Shown here: in pieces, positions 14,594 to 22,467 of the stretch | Layout of the letters: every line of letters begins with the position of its first letter | How positions within the stretch are numbered: the stretch's first letter is position 1 | From: Gemmata obscuriglobus | GTDB taxonomy: Bacteria > Planctomycetota > Planctomycetia > Gemmatales > Gemmataceae | Assembly (NCBI RefSeq): GCF_008065095.1 | Contig: NZ_CP042911.1 | Span: forward strand, 8,520,001 to 8,552,000 | DNA length: 32,000 nt | Direction: 5' to 3' | Notes under the pieces: model-generated | The model's database searches: none | What the model was told of the DNA's origin: nothing | What the model saw: the letters and a program-made list of their open reading frames with translations, nothing else | Made by a program: the position numbers and the translations under genes

Positions 14594-17500
14594 GTGAAGC
14601 CGTCACAGCTTAACGGGCGCCGGGCCGCGTTCGCGCTGCTCGCCGCGCTCGTGTTCAGTTTTCCGGGCATCGCCAAGTCCGAAGAGGATGACGCCAAGAA
14701 AGAGATCGCGGACGTTCAGAAGCAGATCGATCTGCTTCAAAAGAAGCTGGACGCGCTGCGCAAGGGCGAGCCGCCCGCCCCGGCGCCTAACGCGATCCCC
14801 GAAACCGCAATCGCCAAGATGACGTGGCGCAACATCGGCCCCGCGAACATGGGCGGGCGCATCACCGCGCTGGCGGTCGTGGAGAGCGACCCGAACACCT
14901 ACTACGTTGCCACCGCGAGCGGCGGGCTGCTCAAAACCGTCAACAACGGCACCACCTTCAGCTTCGTGTTCGAGAAGGAGGCGACGGTCTCCATCGGTGA
15001 CGTGGCGGTCGCGCCGAGCGACCCGAACGTCGTGTACGTCGGCACCGGCGAGCACAACCCGCGCAACTCCGTGTCCTACGGCGACGGGGTTTACAAGAGC
15101 ACCGACGCCGGGAAGACCTGGCAGAACGTCGGGCTGAAGAAGTCGTTCTCGGTCGGGCGGATCGTCGTTCACCCCAAAGACCCCAACACGGTGTACGTCG
15201 CCGCGATGGGCCGCGTGTGGGGGCCGAACGAGGAGCGCGGCGTCTTCAAGACCGCGGACGGCGGGAAGACGTGGCAGAAGGTGCTGTACGTCGACGACCG
15301 GACCGGGGCCATCGAGCTGCGCATGGACCCGACCGACCCCAACGTGCTGCTCGCGGGGCTGTGGGAGCGGAAGCGGGACGAGTTCGACGGGTTCTTCGGC
15401 CAGGGGCCGTGGCCCGGCCCGGACCAGTACGGGCCGATCGTCGCGCACGGCCCGGGGGGCGGGCTGTTCAAAACCGCGGACGCCGGGAAGACCTGGAAGA
15501 AGCTCACCGGCGAGAAGGCCGCCCCCGGGTTGCCCACCGCGAAGACCGGCCGCATCGGGCTGGACTACTCGCGCAAGACGAAGGGGCTCGTGTACGCGAT
15601 CATCGACACCGAGAACATCGGCAAGGGGCGTCCGGTGCTCACGGTGTACATGGGCGTCTCCGGCGAGGGCGAGAAGGAAGGGGCGAAGGTCACCGCGGTC
15701 GTCGAGGACGGCCCCGCCGCGAAAGCCGGGTTGAAAGAGGGGGACCTCATCACCGCGATCGACGGCAAGAAGGTCGCCAGTTACGACGAGGTGCTCGACT
15801 TCCTGACGAGCAAGAAGCCCGACGACGTGGTGAAGCTCACCGTGGTCCGTGCGAAGGGCAAAGCGAGTGACAAGAAGGACGCGAAAGCGGAAACCGAAAC
15901 GCTCACCGTCGAGCTGAAGCTCGCGGCCCGGCCCAGCACCCCCGAGCCGAAGAAGGGCGGGTTCCAGCCGAAGGGCGGCCAGCAGACGCTCTCCCCCGGC
16001 GGCCTGGCGGTCGAGGTCGCGGGCTTCGACGCGCCGGTGAAGGTCGCGGACGTGCCGAAGGACGGCGCCGCGGCCAAGGCCGGGGTGAAGGCCGGCATGA
16101 CCATCGTGGCCGTTGAAGGAACGGACACGCCGGACTTCCGCGCGTACCGCACCGAGCTGCGCGTCGGCGGGAAGGTCGAGAACCCGCGGCAGGCCGGCGA
16201 CAAGGTGAAGGTGTCGTTCCAGGAGGGCGACAAGAAGCCCTTCGAGGTGACACTCGCGCTCGCGGCGGCCGAAACGCGGTTCCAGGGGGGCGGCGGGGGC
16301 GGCGGGCGCCCGACTGCCCCGTCGGCCCGGCCGTTCATCATGCAGACGCAGGTGGGCGGGCAGCAGGCGAACGTTCAGAACAACCAGGGCAAGGACGGCT
16401 ACCAGACCGGCGGCGTGTTCGTGTCGAAGGACAACGGCGACACCTGGACCCGCGTCAACAGCCTCAACCCGCGCCCGTTCTACTTCTCGAACGTCCGCGT
16501 CGACCCGACCGACGACAAAACCGTTTACGTCCTCGGCGACACCGTGCTGTGGCGCAGCACCGACGGCGGGAACCGGTTCGCCAGCGCGCAGGCGAGCACC
16601 GTCCACCCGGACCACCACGCCCTCTGGATCGACCCGCGGGACAGCCGGCACATGATCCTGGGCTGCGACGGCGGGTTCTACTCCACCTACGACCGCGGCG
16701 CCACCTGGGACCACCTGAACGTGCTGGCGCTGGGGCAGTTCTACCACGTCGCGGTGGACACCCGGAAGCCGTACCGGGTGTACGGCGGGTTGCAGGACAA
16801 CGGGAGCTGGGGCGGGCCGTCGCGCACGCTCCGCGGCACCGGCCCGGCGAACGAGGACTGGCAGTACCTCCGCGGCGGCGACGGGTTCGTGTGCCGCGTG
16901 GACCCGAACGACCCCGACGTGGTCTACTCGGAGAGCCAGAACGGCGCCATCGGCTGGATCAACCTGAAGACCGGCGAGCAGAAGGGCACCCGCCCGCGCC
17001 CGGTCAAGCCGGGCGAGGCGCTGCGGTTCAACTGGAACACGCCGTTCATCCTGTCGGCCCACAACTCCGGCATCTTCTACTGTGGCGCGCAGTACGTGTT
17101 CCGCTCGGTGAACCGCGGGGAGAACCTGAAGGCCGTCAGCCCCGATCTGACGCGCACCAAACAGGGCTCGATGACGGCGCTCGCCGAGAGCCCCAAGAGC
17201 GCGGACGTGCTGTGGGCCGGCACCGACGACGGCAACCTGTGGGTGACGCGGGACGGCGGCGGGAACTGGACCAACGCGCTGGAGGCCCTCAAGAAGGCCG
17301 GGCTGCCGGGGCCGCGGTGCGTCAGCGCGATCGAGCCCGGGCGCACGAAAGAAGGGCTGTGCTACGTGGCCCTCGACGGGCACCGCTCCGACGACGACAA
17401 GCCGTACCTCTTCGTGACCGAGGACTACGGCGCGACCTGGAAGAGCGTTACGGGGAACCTTCCGGCGTTCGGTTCGACGCGGGTGATCCGCGAGGACATC

Positions 17501-18181
17501 ACGGCGCCCGAGATCCTGTACTGCGGCACCGAGTTCGGTATTTGGGTGTCGGTCAACCGCGGCGCGAGCTGGGCGAAGCTGAACAGCAACCTGCCCACCG
17601 TGGCGGTTCATGAGGTCGCGCAGCCCACGACCGCGAGCGAGATCGTGGTCGCGACGCACGGCCGGAGCGTGTGGGTGCTGGACGTGGCGAGCCTGCGTCA
17701 GATGAAGCCCGAGGCGCTCGCGGCCCCGGCCACCCTGTTCGCGCCGGCGCCGGTGACGCGGTGGCAGTTCGGGCCGGGCAGCTTCCCGTACTCGCGGGAC
17801 GTGCGCAAGTTCTACGGCACTAACCCGGCCCCCGGCGGCAGCATCGAGTACCTGCTCACCAAACCCGCGAAGGACGTGAGCCTGAAGGTCCTCGACGTGA
17901 ACAACAAGGTGGTGCGCGAGTTCCGCGGCCCGCCCGCGGCGGCCGGGTTCCACAAGCTCACGTGGGCGCCGCCGCGGGCCGGCGCGTACCGCGTCGTTCT
18001 GACCGCAGACGGTAAGGAGTACGCGCAGATGGCGGTGGTCGAGAACGACCCGAACGCGGACCCGAAGGCGGTCATCACGGACGCCCCGCAACCGGTTCCC
18101 GGCGGGGACGCCGACGGCGACGAGGAAGAGGAGGAGTTGAGGAAGGAAGTGGCGCCGTTCATCCCGAAGGCACGGGACTGA
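14594..18181 (+). CDS. Sortilin/VPS10-like BNR (Asp-box) repeat beta-propeller protein with two inserted PDZ domains; secreted.
   Basis: GTG at 14594 with signal peptide MKPSQLNGRRAAFALLAALVFSFPGIA. At least 8 Asp-box motifs: STDAGKTWQ, TADGGKTWQ, TADAGKTWK, SKDNGDTWT, TYDRGATWD, TRDGGGNWT, TEDYGATWK, SVNRGASWA. PDZ-like segments: GAKVTAVVEDGPAAKAGLKEGDLITAIDGKKV and VKVADVPKDGAAAKAGVKAGMTIVAVEG. Confidence 0.9.
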   Translation: MKPSQLNGRRAAFALLAALVFSFPGIAKSEEDDAKKEIADVQKQIDLLQKKLDALRKGEPPAPAPNAIPETAIAKMTWRNIGPANMGGRITALAVVESDPNTYYVATASGGLLKTVNNGTTFSFVFEKEATVSIGDVAVAPSDPNVVYVGTGEHNPRNSVSYGDGVYKSTDAGKTWQNVGLKKSFSVGRIVVHPKDPNTVYVAAMGRVWGPNEERGVFKTADGGKTWQKVLYVDDRTGAIELRMDPTDPNVLLAGLWERKRDEFDGFFGQGPWPGPDQYGPIVAHGPGGGLFKTADAGKTWKKLTGEKAAPGLPTAKTGRIGLDYSRKTKGLVYAIIDTENIGKGRPVLTVYMGVSGEGEKEGAKVTAVVEDGPAAKAGLKEGDLITAIDGKKVASYDEVLDFLTSKKPDDVVKLTVVRAKGKASDKKDAKAETETLTVELKLAARPSTPEPKKGGFQPKGGQQTLSPGGLAVEVAGFDAPVKVADVPKDGAAAKAGVKAGMTIVAVEGTDTPDFRAYRTELRVGGKVENPRQAGDKVKVSFQEGDKKPFEVTLALAAAETRFQGGGGGGGRPTAPSARPFIMQTQVGGQQANVQNNQGKDGYQTGGVFVSKDNGDTWTRVNSLNPRPFYFSNVRVDPTDDKTVYVLGDTVLWRSTDGGNRFASAQASTVHPDHHALWIDPRDSRHMILGCDGGFYSTYDRGATWDHLNVLALGQFYHVAVDTRKPYRVYGGLQDNGSWGGPSRTLRGTGPANEDWQYLRGGDGFVCRVDPNDPDVVYSESQNGAIGWINLKTGEQKGTRPRPVKPGEALRFNWNTPFILSAHNSGIFYCGAQYVFRSVNRGENLKAVSPDLTRTKQGSMTALAESPKSADVLWAGTDDGNLWVTRDGGGNWTNALEALKKAGLPGPRCVSAIEPGRTKEGLCYVALDGHRSDDDKPYLFVTEDYGATWKSVTGNLPAFGSTRVIREDITAPEILYCGTEFGIWVSVNRGASWAKLNSNLPTVAVHEVAQPTTASEIVVATHGRSVWVLDVASLRQMKPEALAAPATLFAPAPVTRWQFGPGSFPYSRDVRKFYGTNPAPGGSIEYLLTKPAKDVSLKVLDVNNKVVREFRGPPAAAGFHKLTWAPPRAGAYRVVLTADGKEYAQMAVVENDPNADPKAVITDAPQPVPGGDADGDEEEEELRKEVAPFIPKARD

Positions 18182-18186
18182 GACGA

Positions 18187-18308
18187 GCGAAGGCGTGTTC
18201 ACCGCAGAGGGCACGGGAGGGCGCAGAGAGGGAGCCAGGGGAGAAGTTCAACTCTCCTGGCTCCCTCTCTGCGCCCTCTCGTGCCCTCTGCGGTGAACAC
18301 GCCTTCGC
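18187..18308. repeat. 122-nt near-perfect palindrome (about 57-bp stem, 8-nt loop) that fills the convergent intergenic gap.
   Basis: The left arm gcgaaggcgtgttcaccgcagagggcacgGgagggcgcagagagggagccagg... is the reverse complement of the right arm except for one position (18216 G opposite 18279 T, a G-U pair in + sense RNA). Loop aagttcaa at 18244-18251. It starts 6 nt after the sortilin-like stop and ends 3 nt before the yebC stop. Confidence 0.85.
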
Positions 18309-18311
18309 CTT

Positions 18312-19049
18312 CTACTCGGCCATTTCGTCCGTGATGATGGCGTCGGTGAAGACGTTCTGGACGTCGTCGTGGTCGTCCAGCGCGTCCATGAACCGGACCA
18401 CCTTCTTGCCGGTCTCCACGTCGATCTCTTTGGGCGCCTTCGCCAGGAACTTCACCTCGGCCTCGAACGTCTCGAGGTTGGCGGCCTTGAGCGCCTCCAG
18501 CACCGCCGAGAACTTGGACGGGTCGCAGGTGATCTCGAACGCGTCGCCCTCGCGCTTCATGTCGTCGGCGCCGGCCTCCAGCGCCACGCCCATGATCGCG
18601 TCCTCGTCCTTGAACTTGGTCGCGTCGATGGCGAAGAACCCCTTGCGGTCGAACAGGTACAGGGCGCTGTTCGGCTTGCCCGGCTCCGTGTTGGCCCGCT
18701 CGAAGATCTTCTTGATCTCGCCGTTGGTGCGGTTCCGGTTGTCGGTCATCACTTCCACCAGCACCGCGACCCCGTTCGTCATGCCCTCGTACAGGATCTC
18801 GTCGAAGGTGACCCCTTCCAGCTCGCCGGTGCCGCGCTTGATGGCCCGCTCGATGTTGTCCTTGGGCATCGACACGGACCGGGCCTTGTCGATGGCGTAC
18901 CGGAGCGGCAGGTTCATCGTGGGGTCGCCGCCACCGTTCTTGGCCGCGATGATGATGTACCGGCTGAGCTTGCTGAACAGCTTGCCGCGCTTCGCGTCCA
19001 CCACCGCCTTGTGGCGCATGATGTTCTTCGCGTGACTGTGGCCTGCCAT
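18312..19049 (-). CDS. yebC: YebC/PmpR-family transcriptional regulator (DUF28).
   Basis: ATG at 19049: MAGHSHAKNIMRHKAVVDAKRGKLFSKLSRYIIIAAKNGGGDPTMNLPLRYAIDKARSVSMPKDNIERAIKRGTGE... is the canonical YebC N-terminus. 245 aa. The upstream extension in the ORF track is Arg/Gly/Pro-rich and was discarded. Confidence 0.95.
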   Translation of the reverse strand: MAGHSHAKNIMRHKAVVDAKRGKLFSKLSRYIIIAAKNGGGDPTMNLPLRYAIDKARSVSMPKDNIERAIKRGTGELEGVTFDEILYEGMTNGVAVLVEVMTDNRNRTNGEIKKIFERANTEPGKPNSALYLFDRKGFFAIDATKFKDEDAIMGVALEAGADDMKREGDAFEITCDPSKFSAVLEALKAANLETFEAEVKFLAKAPKEIDVETGKKVVRFMDALDDHDDVQNVFTDAIITDEMAE

Positions 19050-19213
19050 GTCTCCAAAACCTCTCGGGAACGGGTGGTGCAACCAGTATAGCAGTCGGCC
19101 CGGGGCGTGGCGTCCGCGCCCGCCGGGTGGTACGATCACGGCACCCACAGCGGGCGGCCACAATTGCGCCCCGAGAACAAAAAAGCCCGGCCGCGTTGGC
19201 GCGAGGTGAGCGT

Positions 19214-19975
19214 ATGACCGAAGCCGACTGGCTGGCGTGCCGCGAGCCCGCGCCGATGCTCGACGCGCTGGGCGACCTCGCCAGCCCGCGGAAGCTGCGC
19301 CTGTTCGCGTGCGCGTGCTGCCGCCGGCTGGAGGCGCCGCTCCCGCACCTCTGGAACCCCGCGACGCTGGACGTCGCGGAACGGTTCGCCGACGGGCACG
19401 TCTCGAGCGACGAGCTGCGCGACGCCTGGCGGCGGGTCGGCGAAGACCTGCACACCGCTCACCGCCGTATCGAACTCGAAACCCGCAGCGGGACCCGGCA
19501 GCCGAAAGACGCGCACGCGTCCGCACTGCTGGAGGCCCAGTACTCGGCCCTGCGCGAACTCAGCACGGCGGTCGCCTTGATCATCAGCCGCGGGGGCCTC
19601 GGGCGGGACGCGGCGCAAGCGGCGCGTGGCGCGGCGCAAGCGGCCGCGCTCCGCAGCACCCTCAGCGGCTGGCCGGTGCGCGCCGCCGGGGCGGACGCGG
19701 GTTGTGCCGAACAGGTCGCGCAGGCGGAACTCGTGCGCGACCTGTTCGCGGACCGGTTCTGGTTCGTCGTGCCCGATCCCGCGTGGCTTACGGCCGACGT
19801 GCGGGCGCTGGCGAACCACATCTACGACGGGCACGCGTTCGAGCACATGCCGATTCTGGCCGATGCGCTTCAAGACGCCGGGTGCGAGAGCGGCCGGGTC
19901 CTCGACCACTGCCGCGGCCCGGCGCCGCACGCCCGCGGGTGCTGGGTGATCGATCTGGTGCTGGGCAAGGAGTAG
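19214..19975 (+). CDS. Conserved hypothetical protein with a Cys-containing N-terminal motif and a C-terminal '...GCWVIDLVLGKE' motif.
   Basis: ATG at 19214 after GAGGTGAG. N-terminus: MTEADWLACREPAPMLDALGDLASPRKLRLFACACCRR. C-terminus: HAFEHMPILADALQDAGCESGRVLDHCRGPAPHARGCWVIDLVLGKE*. A decayed paralog lies at ~14180-14450. I know of no assigned function. Confidence 0.75.
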   Translation: MTEADWLACREPAPMLDALGDLASPRKLRLFACACCRRLEAPLPHLWNPATLDVAERFADGHVSSDELRDAWRRVGEDLHTAHRRIELETRSGTRQPKDAHASALLEAQYSALRELSTAVALIISRGGLGRDAAQAARGAAQAAALRSTLSGWPVRAAGADAGCAEQVAQAELVRDLFADRFWFVVPDPAWLTADVRALANHIYDGHAFEHMPILADALQDAGCESGRVLDHCRGPAPHARGCWVIDLVLGKE

Positions 19976-20153
19976 AGCGCGGGCGGGTTCCGAGCGGAAA
20001 CCCCGTGCGTCGGTCCGGTTGGTTGGGGCTGGTTGTTGTGGCCCGGCTGCACTTGGCCCCGCGAACAGCCACAACCGCTCCGAGGTCGCACTCAACCACA
20101 GGCGCTGGAGTATCAAGCGATGACTTACTTTGCCACGATTCATCTCGCGTTGA

Positions 20154-20222
20154 GAACCAGTGGCGGAAAGAAGCCGCGGGCCTGGCTTTTCCAGGCGCGC
20201 GGCTTCTTTCCGCCACTGGTTC
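20154..20222. repeat. 69-nt palindrome (about 32-bp stem, one mismatch) in a convergent intergenic region.
   Basis: gaaccagtggcggaaagaagccgcg g gcctgg ctttt ccaggc g cgcggcttctttccgccactggttc. It is unrelated in sequence to the 18187-18308 palindrome. No adjacent T-run on either strand. Confidence 0.8.
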
Positions 20223-20252
20223 CGGAGGCGGTCGACACTGCTCAGTTCGTTT

Positions 20253-21716
20253 TTAGATGATCTGTTTGATCGGCTCGGCCCCTTCAACGCCGACCAGCTT
20301 CTGGTCGAGCCCGCCGTAGAAGTACGTGAGCTTGTTCGGGTCCAGCCCCATCTGGTGCAGCACGGTGGCGTGCAGGTTCTTGACGTGGAACCGGTCGTCC
20401 ACCGCGAAGTTGCCCAACTCGTCCGTCGTCCCCACGCTCACGCCGCCCTTGATCCCGCCGCCGGCCAGCCACGAGGTGAACCCGTAGGCGTTGTGGTCGC
20501 GGCCGGTGCCCTGGGCGTACTCCGCGGTCGGTTGGCGGCCGAACTCGCCGCTCCAGATCACGACGGTGCTGTCCAGCAGCCCGCGGCGCTTCAGGTCGGT
20601 GAGCAGCCCGGCGATCGGCTTGTCCGTCGCGCCGGCGTGCAGCGAGTGGTTCTTCACCAGGTCGCCGTGCGCGTCCCAGTTGTGGTCGTTGTGGTTGCCG
20701 CCGGAGTAGATCTGGATGAACCGCACGCCGCGCTCCACCAGCCGCCGGGCCAGCAGGCACTTCCGGCCGAAGTCTTCCGTCTTCTTGTCGTCCATCCCGT
20801 ACAGCTTCTTCGTCTCCTCGGTCTCCTTGGCGAAGTCGACGGCCTCGGGGGCGTGCTCCTGCATCTTGTACGCCAGCTCGTAGCTCGCGATGCGGGCCAC
20901 CAGCTCGCTGTTGTCCTGGCGCGCCGCGAGGTGCTCCTGGTTCTTCTCCTTGAGCCGGTCGAGCAGGTCCCGCTGCTGCGCGCGGGTCATCCCCTCGGCC
21001 ACGGCGAGGTCGTGGATCGGGGTCTTGTCGGCGCGGATCTGCACGCCCTGGTACGCGGCCGGCATGTACCCGCTGGACCAGTTCTTCGGGCCGTTGATCG
21101 GGCCGCCGCTGTGGTCGAGCATTACCACGAAGCCGGGCAGGTTCTCGTTCACGCTCCCCAGGCCGTAGGTGACCCAGCTCCCGAGGCACGGGCTGCCGGA
21201 CAGGAGCCGCCCGCTGTTCATCATGAGCAGGCCGGACCCGTGGATCGGCGACTCGGCGTACATGGAGTGGATGAACGCGATGTCGTCCACGCACTGCCCC
21301 ACGTTGGGGAACAGGTCGCTGACCCGTTTGCCGCACTTGCCGTAGTTCTTGAACGCGTACTTCGGCCCGACGACGCGGCCGGTGTTCTTGTGCCCGCCGC
21401 GGCCGAACGTCTTCACCGGGATGGTTTTCCCGTCGAGCCGGGCCAGTTCGGGCTTCTCGTCGAACGTGTCGACCTGGCTCGGCCCGCCGTACATGAACAG
21501 GAAGATGACGGCCTTCGCCTTGGCCGGGTACATCGGGGCCTTGGGCGCCATCGGGTTCGTGAACGTGGTGCCCGCGGACTTCGGCGCCTCGTTCGCCAGC
21601 AGCCTGTCGTTGTGGAACAGCCCGGTAAGGCCGAGCGCGCCGAACCCGGCCCCGGTCTCCCACAGGAGCTCGCGGCGCGTCCGGCGGCAGAACTGGTCGG
21701 CGTCGTTATTGTGCAT
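20253..21716 (-). CDS. DUF1501 (sulfatase-fold) protein with a Tat-type signal.
   Basis: ATG at 21716 with GAGG upstream. N-terminus: MHNNDADQFCRRTRRELLWETGAGFGALGL. Motifs: NHNDHNWDAHG, SGEFGRQP...GRDHN. The longer 651-aa ORF in the track runs through the vapC locus in another frame and was rejected. Confidence 0.9.
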   Translation of the reverse strand: MHNNDADQFCRRTRRELLWETGAGFGALGLTGLFHNDRLLANEAPKSAGTTFTNPMAPKAPMYPAKAKAVIFLFMYGGPSQVDTFDEKPELARLDGKTIPVKTFGRGGHKNTGRVVGPKYAFKNYGKCGKRVSDLFPNVGQCVDDIAFIHSMYAESPIHGSGLLMMNSGRLLSGSPCLGSWVTYGLGSVNENLPGFVVMLDHSGGPINGPKNWSSGYMPAAYQGVQIRADKTPIHDLAVAEGMTRAQQRDLLDRLKEKNQEHLAARQDNSELVARIASYELAYKMQEHAPEAVDFAKETEETKKLYGMDDKKTEDFGRKCLLARRLVERGVRFIQIYSGGNHNDHNWDAHGDLVKNHSLHAGATDKPIAGLLTDLKRRGLLDSTVVIWSGEFGRQPTAEYAQGTGRDHNAYGFTSWLAGGGIKGGVSVGTTDELGNFAVDDRFHVKNLHATVLHQMGLDPNKLTYFYGGLDQKLVGVEGAEPIKQII

Positions 21717-21736
21717 GGCGTGAGCCTCGGTTTCGG

Positions 21737-22156
21737 TTAGTTCCACACGTCGAAGGTGAGCCCGGGCACCTGAGCGTAATCGCGGGCATTTCGGGTCGCG
21801 AGCGTGGCCCCGTGGACAACACAGATCGCGGCGATACGGAGGTCGTTCGTTCCAACGCGGATCTTGGCCGCTCGCCACTGACGCACCAGCGCATCGGCCG
21901 CGGCGGTGTACGGCAGAAGCGCGAACGGGACTATAACCGTCAGGCTTTCCTGCAAGCGTCCGAATGCGAATTCTAAACTCATTCGCCCTTTGCCGGCTTC
22001 GGCCTGTCGCACGGCGTTCAACCAGCCACGAACGACTTCCCCCGCAACGACGATCGGGACAAACCGTTCGGCGGGAGCAACGGCACCGAGCCGTCGCTCG
22101 TACACCGCGTTGCCGGCGAAGAGTTCCGTCAGCACGTCGGTGTCGAGTGCCGTCAT
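21737..22156 (-). CDS. vapC: PIN-domain toxin (VapC family).
   Basis: MTALDTDVLTELF... (acidic residue near the N-terminus), ...VAGEVVRGW..., ...GTNDLRIAAICVVHGATLATRNARDY... is the typical PIN layout. 139 aa. A 4-nt ATGA overlap joins it to the upstream small gene. Confidence 0.85.
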   Translation of the reverse strand: MTALDTDVLTELFAGNAVYERRLGAVAPAERFVPIVVAGEVVRGWLNAVRQAEAGKGRMSLEFAFGRLQESLTVIVPFALLPYTAAADALVRQWRAAKIRVGTNDLRIAAICVVHGATLATRNARDYAQVPGLTFDVWN

Positions 22157-22431
22157 TCCGGAAACTCCGCAGCCTTCTGGGCGTCGCGCTCCCGGTAGAT
22201 CTCGTCACACAACTCGCGCCAAGCTTGAGCCTTATCGGGCGACTCGTCAGGAGCGGGCGGCGGGACCGTCACCAGCACCACCTCGCCCGCAGTCATACGG
22301 CTTTGGAGCTGGGCTGTGACGGCCGACACCGCCTGCTCCTTGGTCGCGCCCTCGGACGCAACTCGTGGGTCCCCGAGCACGCTCGCCGTGAACGTGCCGT
22401 TGGACTGCGTCACAAAAATCGGGAACGTCAT
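22153..22431 (-). CDS. Putative cognate antitoxin (VapB position); fold not recognised with certainty.
   Basis: ATG at 22431 with AGGAGGG at a 6-nt spacer. 92 aa: MTFPIFVTQSNGTFTASVLGDPRVASEGATKEQAVSAVTAQLQSRM... Its stop overlaps the vapC start (ATGA at 22153-22156). The assignment rests on position and size only. Confidence 0.6.
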   Translation of the reverse strand: MTFPIFVTQSNGTFTASVLGDPRVASEGATKEQAVSAVTAQLQSRMTAGEVVLVTVPPPAPDESPDKAQAWRELCDEIYRERDAQKAAEFPE

Positions 22432-22467
22432 GCGCGGCCCTCCTGTTCGCATCGTAACAGGTGCGGC

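Noticed and set aside
18312-19526. N-terminal extensions offered by the ORF track for yebC (to 19526), DUF1501 (to 22208), PSD1 (to 25140), the giant protein (to 29642), the ECF sigma (to 3082), csrA (to 31517) and ROK (to 30978).
   Set aside because: The extensions are low-complexity or overlap neighbouring genes. Internal ATG or GTG codons preceded by GGAG-type RBS give canonical N-termini or signal peptides.
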